From a virus (Duplodnaviria; Caudoviricetes), in the IMG/VR virus record IMGVR_UViG_3300005512_002795, positions 1 through 30,816 of that record: a DNA stretch of 30,816 nucleotides. One strand, written 5' to 3'. Position numbers and translations under genes: made by a program. Below the pieces are notes generated by a model. It made no database searches and was not told the DNA's origin. It worked only from the letters and a program-made list of their open reading frames with translations. The stretch's first letter is position 1. Every line of letters starts with the position of its first letter. This document shows, piece after piece, positions 17,403-26,456 of this stretch.

Positions 17403-18285
17403 TAATTCTTTCCTGTATCCATAAATCTTGTTCTATCTGATTATTCCAGAATGTATCATCTTCCAAATGTATCAAACAATCCTTGATCATATTTTCATAT
17501 GCTTTCTCTGGACATAGTCCTAGGTTGATTGATTTTAAATGCGACTCTCCATTCTTATAAAAATTTACACTCACATCATCCATCAAATTACTTTTCCAGT
17601 TGGCGTATAGTATATAGGTTTTATCACCATTTGTCAACTCCATCACAGCAGAATCATCCACATCATACACTCCATCCTGTTTAACCACACCATAATCTGT
17701 GCCTGTACAGTCTGATAGGCTCCATCGCTGTTCTAATCGATACTTGTCCAGTTTAAAGTCTTTGTAATTGTGTTTGTTGGCAGATATCATTATACTGATT
17801 AAATGTGGCAGTAGATCTCTACTAACTCCACCAAATGCTTTAGACTTGTCAGTGAACCATGTGCCAGGACCTGGAATTCTATTCTTGTTCACCCAATTGA
17901 TTTGAACCAAATCGCTTGCCTCACAACTTTCAACAATTTGATCAATGTTGTCTCTCCATTGATTATTTTTTGTCATCATAAATCTTGTGGACTTATTTAG
18001 GTTCGTTAACAATCTCCAATGTTCAATTGTTTCAACACCTGGTTTTTCAACAAACACAATCTTTGTGTGCTCTGCTACTTTTAATGCTGTTTTGTAATGA
18101 AGATAGTTTGGCACACAGATATGAGCAGTGTCAAATGGTGCGTGTGTGCTGATGGCTGTGGTCAGTTCGGTAAAGTCAGGCTTCATATCAGGATTGATAT
18201 CCACAGTGATCACTTCATGTCCCATTCTTTTTAGAACATCAACATACAACTGTCCGAACCCTAATCCAACAACCAAACTTTTCAT
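17374..18285 (-). CDS. Gfo/Idh/MocA family NAD(P)-dependent oxidoreductase
   Basis: VVGLGFG, ICVPNYLH, VFVEKPG and GGVSRDLLPH. Confidence 0.85.
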   Translation of the reverse strand: MKSLVVGLGFGQLYVDVLKRMGHEVITVDINPDMKPDFTELTTAISTHAPFDTAHICVPNYLHYKTALKVAEHTKIVFVEKPGVETIEHWRLLTNLNKSTRFMMTKNNQWRDNIDQIVESCEASDLVQINWVNKNRIPGPGTWFTDKSKAFGGVSRDLLPHLISIMISANKHNYKDFKLDKYRLEQRWSLSDCTGTDYGVVKQDGVYDVDDSAVMELTNGDKTYILYANWKSNLMDDVSVNFYKNGESHLKSINLGLCPEKAYENMIKDCLIHLEDDTFWNNQIEQDLWIQERINDKSKNIIH

Positions 18286-18479
18286 TATGATAAAGATTGC
18301 CTCATTTTTTCCAATGTTGTTTTTAAAAACAGTTTTGTTTTTTTAAATTTAAGCAATAGTTCTTTGCTAGTCCATGATCTGTCATATGAACGTTCTGCTT
18401 CCATCTCGTCCACTTTCTTTTTGTACCATGTGTACTCTTTTTCAACTGCTTTTAGTTTTTTACTTTTCTTTTTTGTCAT
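18285..18479 (-). CDS. Small basic coiled-coil hypothetical protein
   Basis: ORF from MTKKKSKK (16-nt downstream of the track start region, ATG 18479) with GAGGAGG SD. Confidence 0.65.
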   Translation of the reverse strand: MTKKKSKKLKAVEKEYTWYKKKVDEMEAERSYDRSWTSKELLLKFKKTKLFLKTTLEKMRQSLS

Positions 18480-18480
18480 T

Positions 18481-19962
18481 TTATGCCTCCTCAAATAAAT
18501 TAGAAAACTGAGTACTTGCGTTCACAGTTTTCTTACCTGTTGCTCCTCTAGTGCCAATAATTGACATCCAGAATCTTGAAAACTCTTCTATCACTGCGTT
18601 GGCTTCATCTCTGTCACTTGTGGCAAACACAGCATTCACAATGTCTCTAAAAGCAATTCTATCAAATTTTTCTTCCACCAACATTTTAGGATTTAATCCT
18701 GCGTCATACTGTCTGTTGGCTTCTTGAACTGCTGAAATATGCATCCAAACATTGTGTGCCATCTGTAATGTGTAACTGAATGAATCCCAAGAAGTCTTGC
18801 CTTCATTGCCCATCTTGTTGAGATCGCCTGGATTGTAGCAAGTGATATCTTTCAGCATTAATCTTTTGCTGATAGCACTGTCTTTGAAAGATTCAAATAT
18901 ACCTTTTTCTAACACAGCATCTCTAAACAATTTTGTTTCTGTGGCAAATGCTTTATCATCCACACTGGGTTGCATTCTATAAGTCCATTTCTTTTTGTCT
19001 TCAATTTCAATGTCTGTGTAAATCTGTCCATTAGCACTGGCTAAGAATGGAGAAGCACAATCAAATGTGATCATAAAGTTTTCATTGTGATACTTTCTAA
19101 TTGCTCTTTGAACATCTGTTAATAGCACTGCCCACTCTAATTTACTTGTGCCTAAGAAGTGCATCACATCATGTACACCTTTTTCCAACAATCCATCAAA
19201 TCTCAATGCCACCAAACGTTTCAATGTCAAATGTATGTCGCACATATTTTGACCACCCATTGCCCAACCATTAAAGTGTGTGCTAGGAAATTGTTTAGGA
19301 TCACAGTAGTGTTTCATTTGTGCGTACCAATCATCTGCTTGTTGGAAGTTTTCACCTTGCAGTACATTCAAAAATTTACAATTGCCATTTCTGTTTTTCA
19401 TAAAATAGTCATTGTTTATTTTTGTGCCATCCACTGCTTCTTGATATGAACTGATCTTACTTGCCGCCGCACCCGCAGGAGAACGAGATACCCAAGCAGG
19501 TATATCCAATATCATACCATAATCCATGTTGCCATCCATGAATGCCAACACTTGCTCACGTTTCTTTTTGGCTTTAGGACAATTAGGATCTTTCCAATCA
19601 CCTTCCCATACACCTTTACCAATCTGGAATCCACCTGAATCACCCAGTACCCAGTTGTCTTTTCTATCTCTGTTTCTGATGATGTCATCCCTCACAGAGA
19701 AGTGATTCATATTCAAATCAGCATGACCCGCCGAATACAAATGCCACTTGTAATAGAAGTAGGTATCTTTGGAACTCATATAGTTCATACCTTCTACACC
19801 ATGTTCAAAGTTCTGAGGAACTCTTTCTGGTTTTATGTAGTCTTCTTGATGTCTTGCTTTGCCAAGATCCCTAGCATAAAAACTGCTCAACGCAGGAAGA
19901 AATGTTGCGTAATCCTTCTGCTGTTCAGTTAAGTTGTCAGTAGGTATGATTTTCTTATCCAT
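18481..19962 (-). CDS. dpdA: TGT-fold transglycosylase, DpdA-like (7-deazaguanine insertion enzyme)
   Basis: TGT motifs in order: DSGGFQ, LDIP, VLQG, GWAMGG, HFLG and FDCASP; clustered with folE, queE and a QueD-like gene. Confidence 0.75.
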   Translation of the reverse strand: MDKKIIPTDNLTEQQKDYATFLPALSSFYARDLGKARHQEDYIKPERVPQNFEHGVEGMNYMSSKDTYFYYKWHLYSAGHADLNMNHFSVRDDIIRNRDRKDNWVLGDSGGFQIGKGVWEGDWKDPNCPKAKKKREQVLAFMDGNMDYGMILDIPAWVSRSPAGAAASKISSYQEAVDGTKINNDYFMKNRNGNCKFLNVLQGENFQQADDWYAQMKHYCDPKQFPSTHFNGWAMGGQNMCDIHLTLKRLVALRFDGLLEKGVHDVMHFLGTSKLEWAVLLTDVQRAIRKYHNENFMITFDCASPFLASANGQIYTDIEIEDKKKWTYRMQPSVDDKAFATETKLFRDAVLEKGIFESFKDSAISKRLMLKDITCYNPGDLNKMGNEGKTSWDSFSYTLQMAHNVWMHISAVQEANRQYDAGLNPKMLVEEKFDRIAFRDIVNAVFATSDRDEANAVIEEFSRFWMSIIGTRGATGKKTVNASTQFSNLFEEA

Positions 19963-19963
19963 A

Positions 19964-20161
19964 TTATCCAAATGCCTTTATTGCCAAAAGTGGAACTAAC
20001 CAAGGATATACCAAGTGTTCTATCAATTCATAGATCACAAGAGCAGTAAGGACAATGGCCCAAAGTTTAGATGTTTTTGCTTTTTTGCTGACATACTTGA
20101 AAACTTTAGAATGCCATTTGCCTATCTTATCTATTATGCCTGGTTTTTTCTTTTTTCGCAT
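19964..20161 (-). CDS. Small membrane protein
   Basis: Basic N-terminus and hydrophobic C-terminal segment; ATG 20161. Confidence 0.65.
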   Translation of the reverse strand: MRKKKKPGIIDKIGKWHSKVFKYVSKKAKTSKLWAIVLTALVIYELIEHLVYPWLVPLLAIKAFG

Positions 20162-20162
20162 A

Positions 20163-20912
20163 TTATTTTGTCTGTGCTGGTAGTATGTAATTGTATTCTC
20201 CAATTCCACTATCAACTGTTATCTGCATTGCTCCTTGATCAGAAATACTCATTTTTACTTTTCCGTCAAGACTTAAAATACTGATCACCTGTTGTATCGG
20301 CCAACTCCAAGTATTTTTTAATTCTTTGTTCACATTCATTTCAAATATAAATGAACCTGCGTGTGAATTAGCATCACCAAAGAAGAAACTTAAATGTTTG
20401 TTGCCTGGTGTTGTTGTACAGTCAGTGGTTTTCACAGTGAACACAGTTTCTTCAACGTGTGCCGCCGCTTGTAATTTTAATCTCTGTATTGCCGCCAACT
20501 TAGGTTCAAATTCTATATCCCAAGCAGTACCTTTAAACTTCACAGATTTTAACTTTTCATTGATGATTTCAGTGCTCATAAATCTGTAATCATTTTTAAA
20601 ATCACCACCTGCGTTTTCAAAGTGTATGTGTGTAGGAATAGTTTTGCCATTTCTTTCTGCTGACTTCACTTCAATCTTTGCTTCTTTTTGATACTCTGGA
20701 CATTTTAAATGTAGAGCCAATTTGTCTAAATTAGGCATTCCAAACACACCATCAAATTCATTGACCTTGTTGTTTGTGTTTGCTGAAAGAATAACTGATC
20801 TGTCCTCAGCCATGCTTTCTATTTTTGTTTGTTCTTCGTTGCTGATCTTCACAAGGCTAAGGAAACCTAGCGAATGTGTATGAGCCACGATGTCTTGTAA
20901 GATATCTTTCAT
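20163..20912 (-). CDS. DNA polymerase sliding clamp (gp45/PCNA-like)
   Basis: 249 aa, near the DNA polymerase; AEDRSVIL, FGMPNL and C-terminal YNYILPA are PCNA-like. Confidence 0.65.
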   Translation of the reverse strand: MKDILQDIVAHTHSLGFLSLVKISNEEQTKIESMAEDRSVILSANTNNKVNEFDGVFGMPNLDKLALHLKCPEYQKEAKIEVKSAERNGKTIPTHIHFENAGGDFKNDYRFMSTEIINEKLKSVKFKGTAWDIEFEPKLAAIQRLKLQAAAHVEETVFTVKTTDCTTTPGNKHLSFFFGDANSHAGSFIFEMNVNKELKNTWSWPIQQVISILSLDGKVKMSISDQGAMQITVDSGIGEYNYILPAQTK

Positions 20913-20935
20913 ATTATTGTTCTCCTGTTTGTTAC

Positions 20936-20964
20936 ATTATATTTAGGTTTTGACGAAAAGTCAA
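20936..20964 (-). promoter_or_regulatory. Sigma70-type promoter TTGACT-N17-TATAAT
   Basis: -35 at 20959-20964 and -10 at 20936-20941; AGGAG SD follows. Confidence 0.75.
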
Positions 20965-20967
20965 TGA

Positions 20968-21516
20968 CTAATTGTTCCATCTTGACTTAACTCCAAAATG
21001 TTTGTACGCTTTTTGAACACTTTTGGCTTGGAAATAACAATCAGCCAATGCGTTGTGTAGCGACATCTGTATGTCTTTTCTGGGATCTTTTGGCAACATA
21101 TTGAACAGAGTTCTTGAATCTCTGATTTGCCAATAATTCCAAGGGCAAGGTTGTCCCATTTGGGCATACAAATTCTGTAGTATGGCGTAATCAAAAAGTG
21201 GACCTTGACACCAAAGTTCGTCCAAACCCACACACCATTTATTCAATTGTTTAATCATATCTGAAAGAGAAACTCGATCCTCATCTCCCAGTGCTTCTTC
21301 TATAATTTTTTCATCTTGTCTGCCCCACCATTCCAGTGTGCCTTCGTCTACATGACGACCAAGTTCACTCTGTTCATCCACATTCACTCTTAGATATAAT
21401 CCTGTGTGTGGTTCCGTATCTGTGTAAGGATTAAATTTGATAGCACCCAGTGTCAACACAGTGGCATCTGGTCTGGTGCTCAGTGTTTCCAAATCTATCA
21501 TTCCGTGTACAGCCAT
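20968..21516 (-). CDS. DEDDh 3'-5' exonuclease (Rv2179c-like)
   Basis: MIDLETL, FDYAIL, RDSRT and HNALAD motifs. Confidence 0.85.
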   Translation of the reverse strand: MAVHGMIDLETLSTRPDATVLTLGAIKFNPYTDTEPHTGLYLRVNVDEQSELGRHVDEGTLEWWGRQDEKIIEEALGDEDRVSLSDMIKQLNKWCVGLDELWCQGPLFDYAILQNLYAQMGQPCPWNYWQIRDSRTLFNMLPKDPRKDIQMSLHNALADCYFQAKSVQKAYKHFGVKSRWNN

Positions 21517-24186
21517 CTATCCTCCAAAATCAAATAGGTTGTTGAACGTGTTGTTGCTTTCTGTTGATTTTATGTCCCAGCCCAGCACACCTAACAAGTT
21601 GCCTAATTTGTTATCAATCACAGTGCTTTCCATTGTGGCATCATCAAAAGGTAATTCTTTGAACCATTGAGGCAGTCTCAATTCATCTGTTGGATATGCC
21701 ACACTGGTATAATCCAATGGATTCTTTTTGAGTTTACACACAATTACCTTCATACCATCCATAATTTCTTGAGAGTATTTGTCTCCATTCATACGCTTCA
21801 GTGTGTTCCAGTTGATACTGGCTCTCACGTGACCTGGCATATTGGCTTTGCCTTGACGTGCTTCTTTTTTAGCATATTCTCCAATGTTGTTGGCTCTACG
21901 TGGAGAACCTTTCTCCCAACCTGGTCTTGTTTTAAATTCATTTCTAAACTGTGTGATTCTGTCCAACACTTTTTCTTCTGTGTTGCCTGTCAGCACCATT
22001 AATAATAATTCAGATAAAAAGTCCTGTATATAAACAGGAGTGTCTGATCTTTTCAAGTCAAGACCCATTGCTTTGATCTTACCTGGTGAGCCTTCTTGAT
22101 CAGTTCTAAATCCTTCCAAGTCATATATCAATATGGCATATCTTTTCTTTGTGATGAACAATCCTGATGTTGCCACACTCTCTCTACCTGCTTGGATCAC
22201 TTCTGCTCTTGATCTGGAACAATGAAACGCCCTGCCCATAAAACTCTTAAACGAATTATTAACTTCACCTGCCACTTGATCATACAGTTTAACCACACTT
22301 TCTTTAGTCCAAGGTATTTGTCCTGCGTCTATTTCTTTTTTAAGAACTTCATATGCAGAAAAATAGGCAGAGTCTGTATCACCATAAATTATTGCTTTGC
22401 CTACGTGATTGTATTCGCCTGTGATCACTTCATTAATTTTTGCCGCCATGTGTTTGGATATCTGTCTGCCCGACAGTGTGGTTGATTGTCCAATACGTTT
22501 ATCAAAGAACCTACAACCTGGATTTAAGATAGCACCATACAAACTGTTCAAGTTAATTTTTTTAACAAGTTGTCTTTTGTCCCAAAATTCTATTTCAGCA
22601 TCATTCTTTGCCTCTTTGGCTTTTTTCAACATTGCCTGCATTTCCTGTCTTTCCACATACCATCTTTTTAGTAGTCCTGGAATTACTCCTTCAAATTCAC
22701 TAGTAAATATCGTACCATTGGCACTGATCATCATTGGATTATTGCTTTCAAAGATCATTTTATATATTTCGGCACCACTCATCACTTCTGATTTTCCATC
22801 TTCCCAGTCCACATGAATCGAAACATCTTTTCTTTTTTCCATCACAGCATCATATTCCAGTGTGCCGAAATGATTTTCCCAAGCACCAGCAAATGATTTC
22901 TTCTGTAGCGTCATCTGTTCTTCAATGTATTCATCTGTATGAGTTGGTCTCAATTGTCCTATCACACATTCAGGAGCCATGTTTAAGGCTCTAATCACAG
23001 ACGGATACAGTGAATTAATATCCATAGATCCTATCCAACTGTGTAGTCCTTTTTGAGGATATGCCACATAAGCACCTGCGGCTGTGGTTGACTCGTCATC
23101 TCTTTTAGGTCTATTAGGAACCTGCACTCCTCGTCTGTGTGCTTCATTTATAATGGCTTGTTCTGTAACTGCCACTGCTCCCAGTGTGGTTTGTAGTAAC
23201 ACAGTGTTGGCGTGTGCCAGTTCATTTGACAATGCTATGAATCTCAACTTACGATCCAACTTGTCCAGCAGTGCCACGTCTTGTCTGTTGTATTCCACAA
23301 ATGTTCTAAAATCTTGATTGTACAGTTGATCCAAAGATCCTTCATACACAGTTTTCTTTTCTCCTATTTCATGCTCACCTATGGCATCTAATCTGTATGA
23401 ATGTCTTTCTTCATATGTGTATTTTCTGTAAAGTTCTAATGAATCCAAATGCACTCTACCCACTAGATCATAAGTTTCTTGTTCTCTGCCGTATCTTTCA
23501 AATGTTCTTTTCTTGGGCATCTGTTTCCACAAACACAAACGTCTTGTGTCGTCTTTGCTCATCACTTTCTTAATTCTATTGATGATGTAAGGCATATCGT
23601 AACCTTCTGAATTCCAACCTGATATCACGTCAGCGTCTTCTATAATATCTAAGAATGCTTTCAGCATGTCTGCTTCATCTTTGTATAGATAAAGATTGTC
23701 TATGCCTTTAGTGATTTCTTTGGCTTCTTCTATGTCCATTGTTTTGGGAGGCATAGCGAAAGTAACTATGGTATTCAACCATTGTAATGAAACTGTGATT
23801 GCTGTGATCGGCATGAATGGATCGCTGGGTTGACTGAATCCTTTTTCAGGATCAAAGTCTGCTTCAATGTCAAAGAAAGCAATGTTTAAATCTGGTGAAT
23901 CTTGATTGAGATAGTTTTCACTCAAGCATTGAAATATAGGATTGATGTCAGATTCATACAGTGTTTTGTTTCTATTGATGGCTAATTCTTTGTGAAAGTC
24001 TTTAGTGTTTTTACACACAATTCTGCTGAGAGATTTTCCAGTTGAACTTTTATATTTTCCGCCTGGATCTTCGTGATAGAATGTGTATTTGATTGGATAT
24101 TCTTTGAATACTCTTTCGCCGTTCTGTCTTTCAACGACTCTTATGATGTCGGCTTGTCTGTCAAAGTATCCGTCTATGTAACTCAT
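21517..24186 (-). CDS. Family B DNA polymerase (T4 gp43-like)
   Basis: Exonuclease motifs FFDIEAD, GWNSEGYD and YNRQD; polymerase motifs DINSLYPS, KINLNSLYG, YGDTDS and KKRYA. Confidence 0.95.
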   Translation of the reverse strand: MSYIDGYFDRQADIIRVVERQNGERVFKEYPIKYTFYHEDPGGKYKSSTGKSLSRIVCKNTKDFHKELAINRNKTLYESDINPIFQCLSENYLNQDSPDLNIAFFDIEADFDPEKGFSQPSDPFMPITAITVSLQWLNTIVTFAMPPKTMDIEEAKEITKGIDNLYLYKDEADMLKAFLDIIEDADVISGWNSEGYDMPYIINRIKKVMSKDDTRRLCLWKQMPKKRTFERYGREQETYDLVGRVHLDSLELYRKYTYEERHSYRLDAIGEHEIGEKKTVYEGSLDQLYNQDFRTFVEYNRQDVALLDKLDRKLRFIALSNELAHANTVLLQTTLGAVAVTEQAIINEAHRRGVQVPNRPKRDDESTTAAGAYVAYPQKGLHSWIGSMDINSLYPSVIRALNMAPECVIGQLRPTHTDEYIEEQMTLQKKSFAGAWENHFGTLEYDAVMEKRKDVSIHVDWEDGKSEVMSGAEIYKMIFESNNPMMISANGTIFTSEFEGVIPGLLKRWYVERQEMQAMLKKAKEAKNDAEIEFWDKRQLVKKINLNSLYGAILNPGCRFFDKRIGQSTTLSGRQISKHMAAKINEVITGEYNHVGKAIIYGDTDSAYFSAYEVLKKEIDAGQIPWTKESVVKLYDQVAGEVNNSFKSFMGRAFHCSRSRAEVIQAGRESVATSGLFITKKRYAILIYDLEGFRTDQEGSPGKIKAMGLDLKRSDTPVYIQDFLSELLLMVLTGNTEEKVLDRITQFRNEFKTRPGWEKGSPRRANNIGEYAKKEARQGKANMPGHVRASINWNTLKRMNGDKYSQEIMDGMKVIVCKLKKNPLDYTSVAYPTDELRLPQWFKELPFDDATMESTVIDNKLGNLLGVLGWDIKSTESNNTFNNLFDFGG

Positions 24187-24196
24187 ATGTTTTCCT

Positions 24197-24244
24197 TTTT
24201 GTCATTTGTGGCTGACAAAATACCTGCTATCACTTGTGGCTGAT
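24197..24244 (-). promoter_or_regulatory. Tandem hairpins with near-identical 8-nt loops abutting the polymerase SD; putative translational operator
   Basis: mRNA reads ATCA-GCCACAAG-TGAT ... TTTTGTCA-GCCACAAA-TGACAAAA, followed by AGGA and then ATG. Confidence 0.6.
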
Positions 24245-24250
24245 TAAACC

Positions 24251-24490
24251 TTACCTTAAATAATATAATAGTATACCTCCGAAACCCATTGCTGTCAAGA
24301 CTAAATTTGTTACAATGAGTGCCGGTTCCTTCCATAGGAAGGATACAATTAACCAAATTACTCCACCCATTGCCAAAAGCAATGGTCCTACCGGATATAA
24401 TTCAGGAAAGCCTGCGTTTACAAAAGTGCCTACAATTAATATTGCTGTTGCTATCCATTTCAGTTTGTTGCCTGTTGTTGCCTTATCCAT
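24251..24490 (-). CDS. Small multi-TM membrane protein
   Basis: Three hydrophobic segments; likely start ATG 24490. Confidence 0.7.
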   Translation of the reverse strand: MDKATTGNKLKWIATAILIVGTFVNAGFPELYPVGPLLLAMGGVIWLIVSFLWKEPALIVTNLVLTAMGFGGILLYYLR

Positions 24491-24491
24491 A

Positions 24492-25544
24492 TTATTTAGA
24501 TTCAAACCTATCAAATACTCTGTTGATCACATTGTTAACTCTTACAAAATGTGCCGCTTTAGGCATATCTTTAATTCTTCTTGCTCCAATATAAGTGCAG
24601 GTACTTCTTACTCCGCCCAGTATCTGTTCCACAGTGTCTTTGACAGGTCCTTTGTTGTCCAGCACCACTGTTTTACCTTCTGTGCCTCTGTATCCATCTT
24701 TTCTTGCGCCGTGTGTTTGAAATGCGGATTCTGAACTCATTCCGTAGAAATATCTCTTGCCATCTCTCAATTCTGTTTCTGATTCATCGTGTCCTGCCAA
24801 CATTCCACCCAACATCACAAAGTGAGCACCTCCGCCCAATGCTTTGGCAATGTCTCCTGGTTGTGTACAACCACCGTCAGCAATGATGTGTCCACCAACT
24901 CCATTTGCGGCGTCTGAACATTCCATAATGGCTGAAAATTGTGGAACACCTACACCTGTTTGTGTTCTTGTGGTACACACTGAACCTGGACCTATTCCAA
25001 CTTTTACAATGTCTGCACCTTTGATGATCAATTCTTCTGTCATGTTTGGTGTAACCACATTGCCTGCTATGAGCACTTTGTCTGGATATTCTGTTCTAAT
25101 TCTATCAACAAAATCCACAAATGATTCATGATAAGCATTGGCAACATCAATTGTGATACAAGGTATGTCTGGAAATGCACTCATTACCTGTTTGAGTGTT
25201 TGATAGTCCTGTGCGTTCTCGTCCCATATGGCACCTGTTCCAACACAGGCAGATACATATTTGAATTTAAGTCCTGTGCCTGCGGCTTGTTTCCAGTCAT
25301 CTAGAGTGTAGTGTTTTCTGATCACAGTCAACATTTTGTATTCCTGTAACACTCTTGCCATGGAAAATGTACCAACACCATCCATGTTTGATGCCATGAT
25401 CGGCACATAAGAAAGTGTCTTGCCACTGTTTTTAAATTTGAACTCTCTCAATATATCCACATCACGTCTTGAACTCAATGTTGATCTTTTGGGTTGTAGC
25501 AGTACATCTGAGTAGTCTAGGTGTATGTTATAATCTATTCTCAT
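24492..25544 (-). CDS. guaC: GMP reductase
   Basis: PKRSTLSSR, ASNMDGVGTF, IDVANAY, KVGIGPGSVCTTR, ADGGC, FYGMSS and RSTCTYIGA. Confidence 0.93.
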   Translation of the reverse strand: MRIDYNIHLDYSDVLLQPKRSTLSSRRDVDILREFKFKNSGKTLSYVPIMASNMDGVGTFSMARVLQEYKMLTVIRKHYTLDDWKQAAGTGLKFKYVSACVGTGAIWDENAQDYQTLKQVMSAFPDIPCITIDVANAYHESFVDFVDRIRTEYPDKVLIAGNVVTPNMTEELIIKGADIVKVGIGPGSVCTTRTQTGVGVPQFSAIMECSDAANGVGGHIIADGGCTQPGDIAKALGGGAHFVMLGGMLAGHDESETELRDGKRYFYGMSSESAFQTHGARKDGYRGTEGKTVVLDNKGPVKDTVEQILGGVRSTCTYIGARRIKDMPKAAHFVRVNNVINRVFDRFESK

Positions 25545-25871
25545 TTAAATTCCTTCAATAGTTTTTCTAATCTCGTAGCCATCAAAAAAGTCTTTAGCAT
25601 TAATGGCTCTGTCGTCAATCCAGACGTCATAGACTGGTTTTTTCATTGTGATTGAAGTGTATTTCACATTCCAATCTTTTAATTGTTGATGTGTAAGTTC
25701 TGTCCAGTCTTTGCCAGAATTACCACCTCGTGCTGTCCAATAATGTATTTCGTGACCATCATCGTACAACTTATTCAGTTTAGCAATACGCACAGGATCT
25801 GGTCGGCTGTCTTCGTAATTGCTGTTTTCATTATAACAAATTGTGCCGTCAATGTCAACCATGTATTTCAT
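25545..25871 (-). CDS. HAD-family phosphatase (capsule-biosynthesis-phosphatase-like)
   Basis: VDIDGTIC, WTARG and KP..D..IDD; start ATG 25871 (TAATG overlap). Confidence 0.8.
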   Translation of the reverse strand: MKYMVDIDGTICYNENSNYEDSRPDPVRIAKLNKLYDDGHEIHYWTARGGNSGKDWTELTHQQLKDWNVKYTSITMKKPVYDVWIDDRAINAKDFFDGYEIRKTIEGI

Positions 25872-26161
25872 TATATCCACCCCATTGCTACACTGAATCC
25901 CAGAATATTGGCACAGAAAAAATAGCACACCAACATGGTGGGCCAAACCAATCTTCTTCTGTAAAATGTATAGATTGCCAATCCTGATCCAACCAAAAAG
26001 AATGGATACACAATACGCATATCTGGATCCGCGGCATTCAATGCCAATGTCATGCTGGCAATAATATTAACCATGGTGCTGACCATCTCCAACCAGAAAC
26101 ACAATCTATCTTGATTGTATGACTGTTTGAAATAGCCAATTATTTTATTTGTCTCTGCCAA
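25871..26161 (-). CDS. Small membrane protein
   Basis: 96 aa with about three hydrophobic segments. Confidence 0.7.
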   Translation of the reverse strand: MAETNKIIGYFKQSYNQDRLCFWLEMVSTMVNIIASMTLALNAADPDMRIVYPFFLVGSGLAIYTFYRRRLVWPTMLVCYFFCANILGFSVAMGWI

Positions 26162-26405
26162 CTGCGATAATCAAGTTTTCCAATGAATCGAAATCGTCTG
26201 AATACTTGCCCCATTCACCTTTGTGAGCAATTTTAATTGCCTTGTTGATCAATGCTGGTTTGATTTCTAATTCTTCTGCCACTGCTTTCACAGTGTCTTT
26301 TAATCCTGCATTTAAATCTTCCACTTCTGAAAGCACATTAGCACCTTCATCAATGATTCTTTTCAATTTTGCTTGTTCTTCTGGACCGTATGTTCTGCCT
26401 GCCAT
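26145..26405 (-). CDS. Phage dsDNA-binding protein (T4 DsbA/GapR-like)
   Basis: Helical 86 aa; LKDTVKAVAEELEIKPALINKAIKIAHK resembles the DsbA family. AAGGAG SD. Confidence 0.6.
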   Translation of the reverse strand: MAGRTYGPEEQAKLKRIIDEGANVLSEVEDLNAGLKDTVKAVAEELEIKPALINKAIKIAHKGEWGKYSDDFDSLENLIIAVGRDK

Positions 26406-26426
26406 TTTGTTCTCCTTGTGGTTGAA

Positions 26427-26450
26427 TGGAGCAACTTAATTGCCGCTCCA
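26427..26450 (-). other. Intergenic RNA hairpin downstream of rubrerythrin
   Basis: TGGAGCGGC-AATTAA-GTTGCTCCA on the minus strand (G:U pairs); weak downstream U-tract. Confidence 0.4.
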
Positions 26451-26456
26451 AAAAAA

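Noticed and set aside
18481-19962. Calling the TGT-fold gene a canonical tRNA-guanine transglycosylase (tgt)
   Set aside because: It is longer and divergent, lacks an evident CxCxxC zinc site, and its phage replication context favours a DpdA-like role. Not formally excluded.
20961-21233. 90-aa minus-strand ORF overlapping the exonuclease
   Set aside because: Alternate frame almost entirely within a motif-supported gene.
21517-24186. Intein or intron in the DNA polymerase
   Set aside because: The 889-aa frame is continuous, of normal size, and shows no splice motifs.
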